The notes under the pieces are model-generated. The model was given only the letters and a program-made list of their open reading frames with translations, had not been told where the DNA came from and did no database searches. Made by a program: the position numbers and the translations under genes. Shown one piece after another: positions 1-8,357 of a stretch of DNA of 61,293 bases. Origin of the DNA: Candidatus Falkowbacteria bacterium CG10_big_fil_rev_8_21_14_0_10_39_11 (GTDB lineage: Bacteria > Patescibacteriota > Patescibacteriia > UBA11705); contig PFAP01000031.1 of the NCBI GenBank assembly GCA_002773615.1, positions 1 through 61,293 of the forward strand, in the 5' to 3' direction. How positions within the stretch are numbered: the first letter of the stretch is position 1; every line of letters begins with the position of its first letter.

Positions 1-182
1 AAGCGCTCTTCTTTGATTGTTTTTGCCATAGATATTGCCATATACCAAGATTATACAGTCTTGGGCAAAAACCGCCATATGTGTCGGCACATTACAATGA
101 TCGCTTGACCAAAAAGAAAAAATAATCGTTTTATCAATAGATTAAACTGAATTTGATATAGCTTATAATTTTAAATTAAAAT

Positions 183-1289
183 ATGAAAAAACTTTTAGTT
201 TTTGCCATGCTTTTCAGTCTGTTTGTTTTGATCGCTCCGGCGGTTAAAGCCGAAGACCTGGCGGCTAATCTGAGCGGCAAAATTTTGCTTCAAGTAGAAG
301 ACAATGGTGAAGCTTGGTATGTTTATCCTGGGGATTTACATCGTTATTATCTTGGCCGTCCGGCCGATGCTTTTGATATTATGCGTGACCTGGGTTATGG
401 CATTACCAATGCTGATTTGCAAAAAATTCCCGTCGCGGCTAGCAATCTAGATACCGGCTTTGTTGATGCTGATAATGATGGCCTTAGCAGTATGGCTGAA
501 GCCTCCTTTGGGACTTCAGATTCAAGTCGTGATACAGATGGTGATGGCTACAATGATTATGAAGAAATTTTTATGGGTTATGATCCTCTGAGTTCCAGTT
601 TGACCCGAGTGACTGACGGCGGTTTTGCCGCGAGACAAAGTGGAAAGATTTTTTTACAAGTTGAAGCTCATGGAGAAGCTTGGTATGTGGATACGATTGC
701 TTATAATCGGCATTATCTTGGCCGGCCGGCTGATGCTTTTAATCTGATGAGAAATCTCGGACTTGGTATTACCAATGCTGATTTGTCCGCAATTCCAATT
801 GGAAACAGTTCTTTCAATCCTCAATCCGGTTGGCAAACATTTACTCGCAACATTTCTGATGTTAATTATACTTTTCAATGCCCACTGGATTGGTCAGTTG
901 ACTCTGCCATTGATTATGGTGGAGATGTTTCACTTACACAATGTAACAAGATTTATGCCGGACAGTATGCCTTGGACGACGGAATTACCGTTTCAATCGG
1001 TTTTGTTCCCAATTCTATTGGAGCCTATTATGAGGTGAATGGTAGTAACTATTCTTACTTCTTATTACAGAATATTTTGAATCAAAATAATGTCTCTCAA
1101 TATTCCAACAATTATTTCAATGGCGCTTATTCAATGAGTAATGAGCAACATACATTTCGTTTTCTGGCTCGACGTCAGGTTGGCAGTGGTTATATCGAAA
1201 TACAAGCCATTGCTTACGGCAATACGCAGACTGACAATCAATATTACAATGTTATTAATCAGATTATCGAAAGTGTCAATACTTATTAG
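183..1289 (+). CDS. Secreted repeat protein with two copies of a ~52-aa GKILLQVE..GEAWYV..YLGRPADAF..MR.LG.GI module and acidic DxDxDG repeats
   Basis: Track ORF. Signal peptide MKKLLVFAMLFSLFVLIAPAVKA. Module copies at aa 31-83 and 153-205. DADNDGLS / DTDGDGYNDYEE thrombospondin-type-3-like motifs lie between them. Confidence 0.8.
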   Translation: MKKLLVFAMLFSLFVLIAPAVKAEDLAANLSGKILLQVEDNGEAWYVYPGDLHRYYLGRPADAFDIMRDLGYGITNADLQKIPVAASNLDTGFVDADNDGLSSMAEASFGTSDSSRDTDGDGYNDYEEIFMGYDPLSSSLTRVTDGGFAARQSGKIFLQVEAHGEAWYVDTIAYNRHYLGRPADAFNLMRNLGLGITNADLSAIPIGNSSFNPQSGWQTFTRNISDVNYTFQCPLDWSVDSAIDYGGDVSLTQCNKIYAGQYALDDGITVSIGFVPNSIGAYYEVNGSNYSYFLLQNILNQNNVSQYSNNYFNGAYSMSNEQHTFRFLARRQVGSGYIEIQAIAYGNTQTDNQYYNVINQIIESVNTY

Positions 1290-1346
1290 CACAGCTCACA
1301 TGAAACAAAAGTCGCCGACTTGGCGATTTTTGTTTTTATCGTAAGC

Positions 1347-1375
1347 TTGCAAAATTATTGAGTTTATGCTATAAT
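1347..1375 (+). promoter_or_regulatory. Sigma70-type promoter (TTGCAA-17-TATAAT) for the cyclase gene
   Basis: Hexamers read directly with 17-nt spacing. It follows a hairpin plus T-run at about 1309-1335. Confidence 0.55.
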
Positions 1376-1471
1376 AAAACATTATTGACGTAGTTTCTGT
1401 AAAAAAGAATCTTTCATACATTTGTAAAATTCTTTGACTCAATTCAGTATTTCGCCTAAAATTAAAGTACT

Positions 1472-3112
1472 ATGACCGATAAGCCCAAAAACGTTTGCTG
1501 CCGTAATATCTCTATTATTGCTCGATATCTCAAACAGATGCTCGGCAGCGATAATTTGCTTTTTCAGGGATTACCACAATCGCGGAATTTTTTGCTTGAT
1601 GAAAACAATTGGATTACCTTGGCTGATTACAACCTAGTTATGGAGCGAGCCATTGATCTGTTAAAAGATCCCCAAGCTCCATACAAAATGGGGTTGTCTT
1701 CACGTCGATTGGAATCGTGGGGGGCTTTCAAATATATTGTGAATATTTTTGTCAGTGTGATTCTGGGTCCGCTTGAGGTTTACAAGCATGTTGGTCGCTA
1801 CAACAAATATTTCAACCAGACCAAGGATATTTCTGTTGTCAAAGAAGGCAAGGACAACTGTTATATAAAAATAAAATTTGCTGAAGATGTAAATGCTGTA
1901 GATGATTATTATAGTGACTTTTTTATTCAAGGTATATTATCCAGTATCCCGGAGATTTGGAACTTACCGTCAGCAGATTTTCGTGAAAACATGCTTGAGT
2001 ATAATTTAAAATATCTGCTAAAAAAAATTGGTGGATTGACAGATGGCGATTTTGAAATAAAAAATAAAAAAGTGTTTATCCGCGGTGAAGAATGTGGGCG
2101 GCCGGTTGTTTTACTGCCAGAAGTTGTTGCGAATCAAGAAGTCTTCCTTGGTCGCTATCGGGCTCTTCAGGGCAGTGACCAGGTTGATCAATTACCGATT
2201 GGAATTTTGATTACTAGGGATTATCCGGTAAACAAGTTGTTGACACTTAGAAGCGGTGAAATTTATAATGCCCCATATTTTATTTATTATGTTGATTGGA
2301 AAAAAATCAGTTGGTTCAAAAAAATTTATTATCTTTTGTTCCATTCACATATTAGTAAACGAGCGTATCTTGACGGCATGGAGTCTCAACTGTCTACAAT
2401 TAGAAATTACGTTGAAACCCTTGAAGACAAAGTGATCGAGCGAACCAAACAGTTGAACAAAGCTCGTAATGAATCTGAATATTGGCGAGCCAAGGCTGAT
2501 CATTTACTCAGCACTATGTTGCCACCAAAGATTGTCAGTCGCATGATGCGAGGCAAGTTGAAAGCGGAAAAAACTCGTGGCACCATTGTCTTTACCGATT
2601 TGGCGGGGTTTACTCAGTTTAGTCGTGATCTTGATCCGGAAGAGATCAATGAGTCATTGACCAAATATTTTACTGAAATGAGTGAGATTATTACTGCTCA
2701 TGGCGGTTGGGGCAACAAATTCCCTGGTGATGGCATCTTGGCGATGTTTGGGTTGGAGGAAAACGAAGATTACACCAAAAAGGCGGTTCAAGCCGCAATC
2801 GCGATGCAAAAATCTATGCACAAATATCCTTGGGGTAAACGAATTGGCGTCGCTACCGGTAAATTCATTACCGGTGAATTTGGTACCGCAGATTCTCGTC
2901 GCTTTGATTGCCTGGGGCATATTGTAAACCTGGCCAGTCGTTTACAGGGTCACTCAGAGAGCGGTGAAATTTTGACTTGTGAAGAAACCTATAAACAAAT
3001 TTCTACGGATTTTAATTTTAGTGAAAAAATAAAAATTTCACCAAAGGGTATTGGCGAAATTAACGTTTATCCCATTAGAAATATTATCAATAATGATAAT
3101 AATGAGACCTAA
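1472..3112 (+). CDS. Class III adenylate/guanylate cyclase with a large uncharacterised N-terminal domain
   Basis: C-terminal motifs FTDLAGFT, GDGILAMFG, RIGVATG and GHIVNLASRLQ. A coiled-coil linker precedes them. The N-terminal ~340 aa carry no motif I recognise. Confidence 0.8.
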   Translation: MTDKPKNVCCRNISIIARYLKQMLGSDNLLFQGLPQSRNFLLDENNWITLADYNLVMERAIDLLKDPQAPYKMGLSSRRLESWGAFKYIVNIFVSVILGPLEVYKHVGRYNKYFNQTKDISVVKEGKDNCYIKIKFAEDVNAVDDYYSDFFIQGILSSIPEIWNLPSADFRENMLEYNLKYLLKKIGGLTDGDFEIKNKKVFIRGEECGRPVVLLPEVVANQEVFLGRYRALQGSDQVDQLPIGILITRDYPVNKLLTLRSGEIYNAPYFIYYVDWKKISWFKKIYYLLFHSHISKRAYLDGMESQLSTIRNYVETLEDKVIERTKQLNKARNESEYWRAKADHLLSTMLPPKIVSRMMRGKLKAEKTRGTIVFTDLAGFTQFSRDLDPEEINESLTKYFTEMSEIITAHGGWGNKFPGDGILAMFGLEENEDYTKKAVQAAIAMQKSMHKYPWGKRIGVATGKFITGEFGTADSRRFDCLGHIVNLASRLQGHSESGEILTCEETYKQISTDFNFSEKIKISPKGIGEINVYPIRNIINNDNNET

Positions 3113-3147
3113 TGTTTGTAAAAATAAATTTTGATTTTTTATAAATC

Positions 3148-4629
3148 TCAACTTACATCTTCCAAGATTTTCCACCGATAATGTTTGGCTTTTCGCCTGA
3201 GCTCATCTCCGGGTTTGACGACCATGACATTGCCGACTTTTTCTAGGAATGGAGCGTCAGCGGCACTGTCAGCCAGCGCATAGCTATTCCTCAAGTCAAT
3301 GTTATTCTTGTGGGCAAAGTGTTGTAATAGATTTGCTTTTTCCTGACAATAGCAAAGTCTCGTAACCTTACCAGTATAATGGTGGGTTTTTTGTTCCATA
3401 AGAGTGTCTAGGCTGGCTTTGCCTTGGAACAAGTGCTGGAATTCTTTGGCCAGAGGGTGGATTATTTCAGAGACAAAAATTAGTTTATGACCGGCTTCGG
3501 TATGATCTTTTAGCATTGGCAACAAACCATAGTTGATATTTTTGATCAGCTTTTCATCAAATGTTTTATGTATCTCATGGTGTAATTCACCCACATCCCA
3601 GCCATGCAATACCCACAAGGCTTTTTTCATCAAATCAGTGTGGCGGAGTCGGCCTGCTTTTTCCAAATACAACCAATAAAATATCTTAAAAGCATCTCTC
3701 GCTTTGATTTTATGTAGCCAAAGTAGATATTTTATCAAATCCTGTTGAGAATAACCATCATAAACCGTGTTATCAATGTCAACAAATAGTCCAATATGCT
3801 TGTTTTGGGAAAAATAATATTTAGGCAGATAACGGCTAGGGAGCAAATTAACGACCGCTTTTTCCAAGAGAGTTCTTAGGATTCGTACATTGTCGGGATT
3901 GAATTCTGTTAGGGATAATTTTTCTTTTATAGGATACATTTTTTTGCCAAAAGTTACGGTGATTGTTCCCGGCCACATAATGTGATTCTCCGGTATTATT
4001 TTATCTGTGTTCGCGATTCCCACTGGTACTGTTGGCAGTTGAGATCCAAGACTGATTCGGGCTGTCCCAGTGTGAAAATAATGTAGCTCATGATAGTTTT
4101 CAATATGACCTTCAGGAAAAATTATCAATGAATGGCCGTCTTCAAGCATTTTTATTGATTGCGCAATAGCTTTTTTCGGTGATAGGGCATCTTGACTATT
4201 GGCGATATCTACTGCATCACGGAGCACTGCAATTGTGTTCATTCTTTTGAGCCAAAATTTTAGCAATCCTGGGAAATGATCAAATGGCATGGTGAACAAA
4301 ACGGCTTTGGGACCAATTATTGAGAGCATGATAAAGCCATCCAGTTCACTGCCATGGTTTGGCGCATAGATGACTGATTCGTCCAGAGCAAAATTATTTG
4401 GATTTTTTATTTTAACATCAATCTCATGCAAAAATAATACTGATTTTACAATCCAGGCCGCCATTTTGCGCCAGTAATAGCTTCGCTTTTTTTTGGCTAA
4501 AAACTTTTCAGTTATAATCATGTAAGGCAAAAAAACGGTCAACATGATTGCTAGGCCAGTAAAAAAAGATATATAGTGAAGTATTCCAACCAATTTTGAT
4601 TTATTTTTATAAAGCATAGTTATTAGCAC
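3148..4629 (-). CDS. Membrane 1-acyl-sn-glycerol-3-phosphate acyltransferase (PlsC-like) fused to a HAD-IB phosphatase-like domain
   Basis: HX4D motif NHGSELDG and FPEGH follow the N-terminal TM segments. The C-terminal half has DxDxT (FVDIDNTV) and ADSAADAPFL HAD motifs. Confidence 0.7.
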   Translation of the reverse strand: MLITMLYKNKSKLVGILHYISFFTGLAIMLTVFLPYMIITEKFLAKKKRSYYWRKMAAWIVKSVLFLHEIDVKIKNPNNFALDESVIYAPNHGSELDGFIMLSIIGPKAVLFTMPFDHFPGLLKFWLKRMNTIAVLRDAVDIANSQDALSPKKAIAQSIKMLEDGHSLIIFPEGHIENYHELHYFHTGTARISLGSQLPTVPVGIANTDKIIPENHIMWPGTITVTFGKKMYPIKEKLSLTEFNPDNVRILRTLLEKAVVNLLPSRYLPKYYFSQNKHIGLFVDIDNTVYDGYSQQDLIKYLLWLHKIKARDAFKIFYWLYLEKAGRLRHTDLMKKALWVLHGWDVGELHHEIHKTFDEKLIKNINYGLLPMLKDHTEAGHKLIFVSEIIHPLAKEFQHLFQGKASLDTLMEQKTHHYTGKVTRLCYCQEKANLLQHFAHKNNIDLRNSYALADSAADAPFLEKVGNVMVVKPGDELRRKAKHYRWKILEDVS

Positions 4630-4673
4630 TTCAGCATTAAGATTAAACTGAATCCCATCATAGGAAAATTATT

Positions 4674-4752
4674 CTCCGCCGAAGGACGGATTCGTCCTAT
4701 GGCGAATAAACTCTAATTAATCTCCGTCAGAGGACGATGCGTCATTCGGCGC
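4674..4752. repeat. Two GC-rich REP-like hairpins in an AT-rich spacer
   Basis: CGCCgaAGGACGgattCGTCCTatGGCG and GACGatgCGTCattcggcg. The core GACG-N3-CGTC-(C)ATTCGGCG recurs at about 31100-31125. Confidence 0.6.
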
Positions 4753-4910
4753 AAAATTTCGCTAAATAATGTCGAATTCTCAAATCATAATTAAAAAACC
4801 TTGGTACTGGAGATTTAGTCGGTCAATTAGAAACATTAGTCTAATTAGGTCAATTTATTGTCTTTATTATACAATATTTTTTTTAATCAGCCAAAAAATT
4901 ACACTTATTG

Positions 4911-4939
4911 TTGACAAAAAAGTATTATTGTGTTAATAT
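4911..4939 (+). promoter_or_regulatory. Sigma70-type promoter TTGACA-17-TAATAT
   Basis: Read directly. It lies about 32 nt upstream of the AAGGAGG SD site and the ATG at 4971. Confidence 0.6.
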
Positions 4940-4970
4940 ACTCTGTCAACCAAAGATAAAGGAGGATTCA

Positions 4971-5564
4971 ATGTCTCATACACGCCGTGCTGGATTGCCG
5001 CAAGTTGATCGCGACACATTTATTGAATTGCTTGAAACGATGAAGGCAAGCGCCCTCTCAGTCATCAATCGAGTTCGGAGTTTGTTTCATATCAAGGAAT
5101 CATCTTCAAGAGATTTTAGTACACCATTTGTTGCCAGTTCCAGGATTGACGCATCGGTCTTGCTTGCATTGGAAGCAGTTTTTACTAGCGGTTCAATTGA
5201 AAATGTCATGCTTCATGCATATGATCAGGTCATCGCATTTGAATCCACAGTTGGGCATGTTCCCAAGCAGGATATTCGGGTTGACTTTGAGGAAATTATT
5301 TATACTGATATCTATCTGCAAATGTGTTTTGCAAGTGGAGTTGGTCGTCCGTATCCATATTATGGAGATGTTTATTCTTTGTTTGAAGCTTTGCTGTATG
5401 TTGTGGATGTTTTCAAACTTGATGCTCTTCTTGACGAACATGAACCGGTCAAGAAAAAGGGTCTTCAGGAAAATGCCTGGCATCAGTTGAAGAAAAAGAT
5501 TGATCAAAATACAGAGTATCTGGCGTCTTTGCTAGGAAATTGCTTGATTGATGATGCGGCGTAA
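4971..5564 (+). CDS. Hypothetical protein (ORFan, 197 aa from the SD-preceded ATG)
   Basis: The track ORF 4908..5564 begins inside the promoter. The internal ATG at 4971 is preceded by aaggagga. Confidence 0.6.
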   Translation: MSHTRRAGLPQVDRDTFIELLETMKASALSVINRVRSLFHIKESSSRDFSTPFVASSRIDASVLLALEAVFTSGSIENVMLHAYDQVIAFESTVGHVPKQDIRVDFEEIIYTDIYLQMCFASGVGRPYPYYGDVYSLFEALLYVVDVFKLDALLDEHEPVKKKGLQENAWHQLKKKIDQNTEYLASLLGNCLIDDAA

Positions 5565-5632
5565 TTCTAGACAGATCAAAATCATCAAATCATCGGAGCC
5601 TTAGCATGGCTTTTCTACCGAGATGTGTGTTG

Positions 5633-5661
5633 TTGACGAGTGAGCAATATATTTATAATAT
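5633..5661 (+). promoter_or_regulatory. Sigma70-type promoter TTGACG-17-TAATAT
   Basis: Read directly, upstream of the SD site taggagga and the ATG at 5722. Confidence 0.55.
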
Positions 5662-5721
5662 GTTATTATAAATTGATTCGACATCGCTCTCAAAAAGATA
5701 ACCCCAATTTTAGGAGGATTG

Positions 5722-6045
5722 ATGCAAATAGCGGAAAGTAGAGAGGTTTTGGTTCAGCTTCGATCTGACGTCAGCAACTGGATTGCTACCAGCGAGCGTT
5801 GTGACCTGTCACCTTTTTACTCTCGAAAAATTTCTCAGATCAGTCACAAAGCACTTCCTTCTTTACAGGATTGTGTTGGTGATTATGATCAGTTTTGTCT
5901 CAATTATTCTTTGTTCATTGATGAAGTTCGAAACGCTTTGATGTTTTGGCGACACTGCGGAGATGCTGTCCTTTTGGCTTTTTGCAATTTGATTTTAATC
6001 AAGGTTCGACAAAGCGAACACAAAATTGATTGTCTCATAGTATAA
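5722..6045 (+). CDS. Hypothetical small protein (107 aa)
   Basis: Track ORF. Strong SD site (taggagga). A terminator hairpin overlaps the stop codon. Confidence 0.6.
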   Translation: MQIAESREVLVQLRSDVSNWIATSERCDLSPFYSRKISQISHKALPSLQDCVGDYDQFCLNYSLFIDEVRNALMFWRHCGDAVLLAFCNLILIKVRQSEHKIDCLIV

Positions 6046-6059
6046 CTATGAGCTTTTTT
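6034..6059 (+). terminator. Intrinsic terminator
   Basis: CTCATAG-tataa-CTATGAG followed by cTTTTTT. Confidence 0.6.
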
Positions 6060-6082
6060 ATCCCGATATTAATGGTAGACAA

Positions 6083-6111
6083 TTGACCGATTGATTACGA
6101 CACGTTATGAT
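6083..6111 (+). promoter_or_regulatory. Sigma70-type promoter TTGACC-17-TATGAT
   Basis: Read directly, upstream of the SD site agagagga and the ATG at 6147. Confidence 0.5.
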
Positions 6112-6146
6112 TTATTAGTACGAACAAAAAATAGAGAGGAAAACCC

Positions 6147-6479
6147 ATGGCTGGCATTGCTCTCAAGTTAAAGATCACACCCAGAATGAAATTTATTTGG
6201 GATTGTGATTCCCTAGATAGCTACATCAAAAAGTTGACTAGCTATGTTGAACATCATGTTCAATTCCCTGATGAAGTTATTGTTCTCCTGCAATGGGTGC
6301 GGACTACCAAGTTCTTTTCCGTCAATGGGACCGTTCAATTTCAATTCAAAGATCATGATTGTCGTTGTATGCGGCTTGAGTTGATTCGAACCTTGATTGA
6401 AACTCTGCGACGCAAGGGTGATATTGTTCTTGAGGAGTTCGCTTATCAGGAGGCCCAAAAACTGAGATTACTATTTTAA
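6147..6479 (+). CDS. Hypothetical small protein (110 aa)
   Basis: Track ORF with an SD site and its own promoter and terminator. Confidence 0.6.
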   Translation: MAGIALKLKITPRMKFIWDCDSLDSYIKKLTSYVEHHVQFPDEVIVLLQWVRTTKFFSVNGTVQFQFKDHDCRCMRLELIRTLIETLRRKGDIVLEEFAYQEAQKLRLLF

Positions 6480-6503
6480 CAGTACCAATGTGTACTGTTT
6501 TTT
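6478..6503 (+). terminator. Intrinsic terminator
   Basis: AACAGTAC-caatgt-GTACTGTT followed by TTTT. Confidence 0.65.
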
Positions 6504-6558
6504 CGACAAAAAAACAAAAATTTGCTTTAATATAGAAGTAAATAAATAATAAAAAATT

Positions 6559-8151
6559 ATGCGCAAAATTTTTACTTTGGCGGTCATTTTTCTGATTACA
6601 GTCGCATCCATGCCGGTTGCTCCAGCCCAGGCCATTTCCAGTGCGGCTCTCAATGCAACCGTTCAGGTTTTATGTCCGGATGATGCGGGCAATTGGTTTA
6701 GCGGTTCAGGTACCATGATCCACTCAAGCGGTATTGTGATGACCAATCGTCATGTTGTTCTCGACACTAATAGTAATGTTATTCCGTTTTGTTATGTTGG
6801 TTTGACTACCAGTCTGACAGAGGAACCATCATTTGATTATGTCGCTGAGGTCAAATATTGGTCAACGGATGAAGATATTGATGTGGCTTTTCTTTATATT
6901 GATAATAAATTGAATGAAAATTTTTCTGCCATTGACGTTTTTGCTTATGATACCAGCGGCTTACAATTGGGTGAAACCCTGGAAATTGTTGGTTATCCGA
7001 GCGTCGGTAGTAGTACCGTTACTTATGTTTCCGGTGTAATGAGTGGTTATTTTGGTGATTATATCAAATCAACCGCTCCGATTGAACAGGGGAATTCTGG
7101 TGGCGGAGCCTATAATGTCAGTGGTCAATTTATCGGTTTGCCAACGTTTGTTGTCGCTGGAAATTATAATACCATCAGTTATATTCTCAATATCAACAGT
7201 GTAAAAAATTGGTTGGTCAGTCAGTTCGGTAGTAGCTATCAGACACCGTTATATTCTGCTACCGCCGATCCATCAGCCGAGAGTAGTATTATTTCTCAAA
7301 CAGCAGATCAGTCTGCACCAGATGCTAATGATGTTTGGGGTTGGGTTTATACGGATTCGACGATGACCGAAGAAATAGAATATGAAGTGTATCAAAGCGA
7401 TTCTACACCATTTATGACGTGGGATGGTTTTTATGATGAAAGTGGCATTGAAGGTTATTATGTTTACTTTGGTCAAGATATAAATGCCAATCCGGCCACC
7501 GAAGGAATTTATTACAAAACCGATTCATATTCACCGCTTGTAAACAATGGCGATGGTATTTATTATTTGATTGTCAAAGCCAAAGATAATAATGGTAATG
7601 TGTCATCAGGGGTTTATTGGATGTATTATTATCAAGCCGATAGCGTAGTCACGCCGGATCCGGAGCCACAAGATTCTCCAGAGGTAATTGTACCAAATAG
7701 TACTCCTCCGGCTAGTACCCCAGATAGCAGCTATGATCCATATGAACTGAACCAACCAATCGCTACGACTCCAGGCTCATTGGCCGGAAGTTTGAGTGGC
7801 CGTATTTTGTTACAGGTTGAACGAAATGGTGAAGGTTGGTATATTTATCCGGAAAATAACAAACGATATTTCCTTGGTCGTCCAGCTGATGCCTTTAGCA
7901 TTATGCGAGAATTAGGTCTGGGTGCTACTCATTCTTATATTACAAAGTATACCGTTTATCCTCGTCAAGTTTGGGGCAAGATTTTATTAGATGTTGAAAT
8001 GAATGGGGAAGCGTATTATGTTAATCCGGTTGACGGCAAAGCCTATTATTTGGGGCGTCCGGATGATGCTTTTCGTATTATGCGAGAGCTTGGGTTGGGT
8101 ATTTCAAACCAAAATCTAGCCAATATTCCATTCGACATTCTTTCTCTTTAA
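6559..8151 (+). CDS. Secreted trypsin-like (S1 family) serine protease with a C-terminal pair of the ~52-aa GKILLQVE module
   Basis: Signal peptide. Catalytic-triad contexts MTNRHVV, DIDVAFLYI and GNSGGGAY. The C-terminus carries GRILLQVERNGEGWYIYP...LGRPADAFSIMRELGLG and a second copy. Confidence 0.8.
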   Translation: MRKIFTLAVIFLITVASMPVAPAQAISSAALNATVQVLCPDDAGNWFSGSGTMIHSSGIVMTNRHVVLDTNSNVIPFCYVGLTTSLTEEPSFDYVAEVKYWSTDEDIDVAFLYIDNKLNENFSAIDVFAYDTSGLQLGETLEIVGYPSVGSSTVTYVSGVMSGYFGDYIKSTAPIEQGNSGGGAYNVSGQFIGLPTFVVAGNYNTISYILNINSVKNWLVSQFGSSYQTPLYSATADPSAESSIISQTADQSAPDANDVWGWVYTDSTMTEEIEYEVYQSDSTPFMTWDGFYDESGIEGYYVYFGQDINANPATEGIYYKTDSYSPLVNNGDGIYYLIVKAKDNNGNVSSGVYWMYYYQADSVVTPDPEPQDSPEVIVPNSTPPASTPDSSYDPYELNQPIATTPGSLAGSLSGRILLQVERNGEGWYIYPENNKRYFLGRPADAFSIMRELGLGATHSYITKYTVYPRQVWGKILLDVEMNGEAYYVNPVDGKAYYLGRPDDAFRIMRELGLGISNQNLANIPFDILSL

Positions 8152-8172
8152 TTTTTGAATTAAATTATAATT

Positions 8173-8220
8173 GTCACCCTGAGCCCTGCCTGCCGATAGG
8201 CAGGGATCTCGAAGGGTGAC
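8173..8220. repeat. REP-like nested GC-rich hairpin (GTCACCCTGAG family)
   Basis: GTCACCCT-gag-CCCTGCCT-gccgat-AGGCAGGG-atctcga-AGGGTGAC. A near copy lies at 28621 and a partial copy at 27976. Confidence 0.75.
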
Positions 8221-8271
8221 TTTTGTTTTATCTTTAAATTGCTTAAATTAGACAAAATACATCCATTATTA

Positions 8272-8300
8272 TTGACAGAATTATAAAAATATGATATAAT
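8272..8300 (+). promoter_or_regulatory. Perfect consensus sigma70 promoter TTGACA-17-TATAAT
   Basis: Read directly in an AT-rich flank, about 57 nt upstream of the ATG at 8358. SD site ggaggagg at 8345-8352. Confidence 0.65.
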
Positions 8301-8357
8301 ACCAGTATTGTTAATTGACAACCATGATCACGGCCTAAACGGCCAGGAGGAGGTTCC

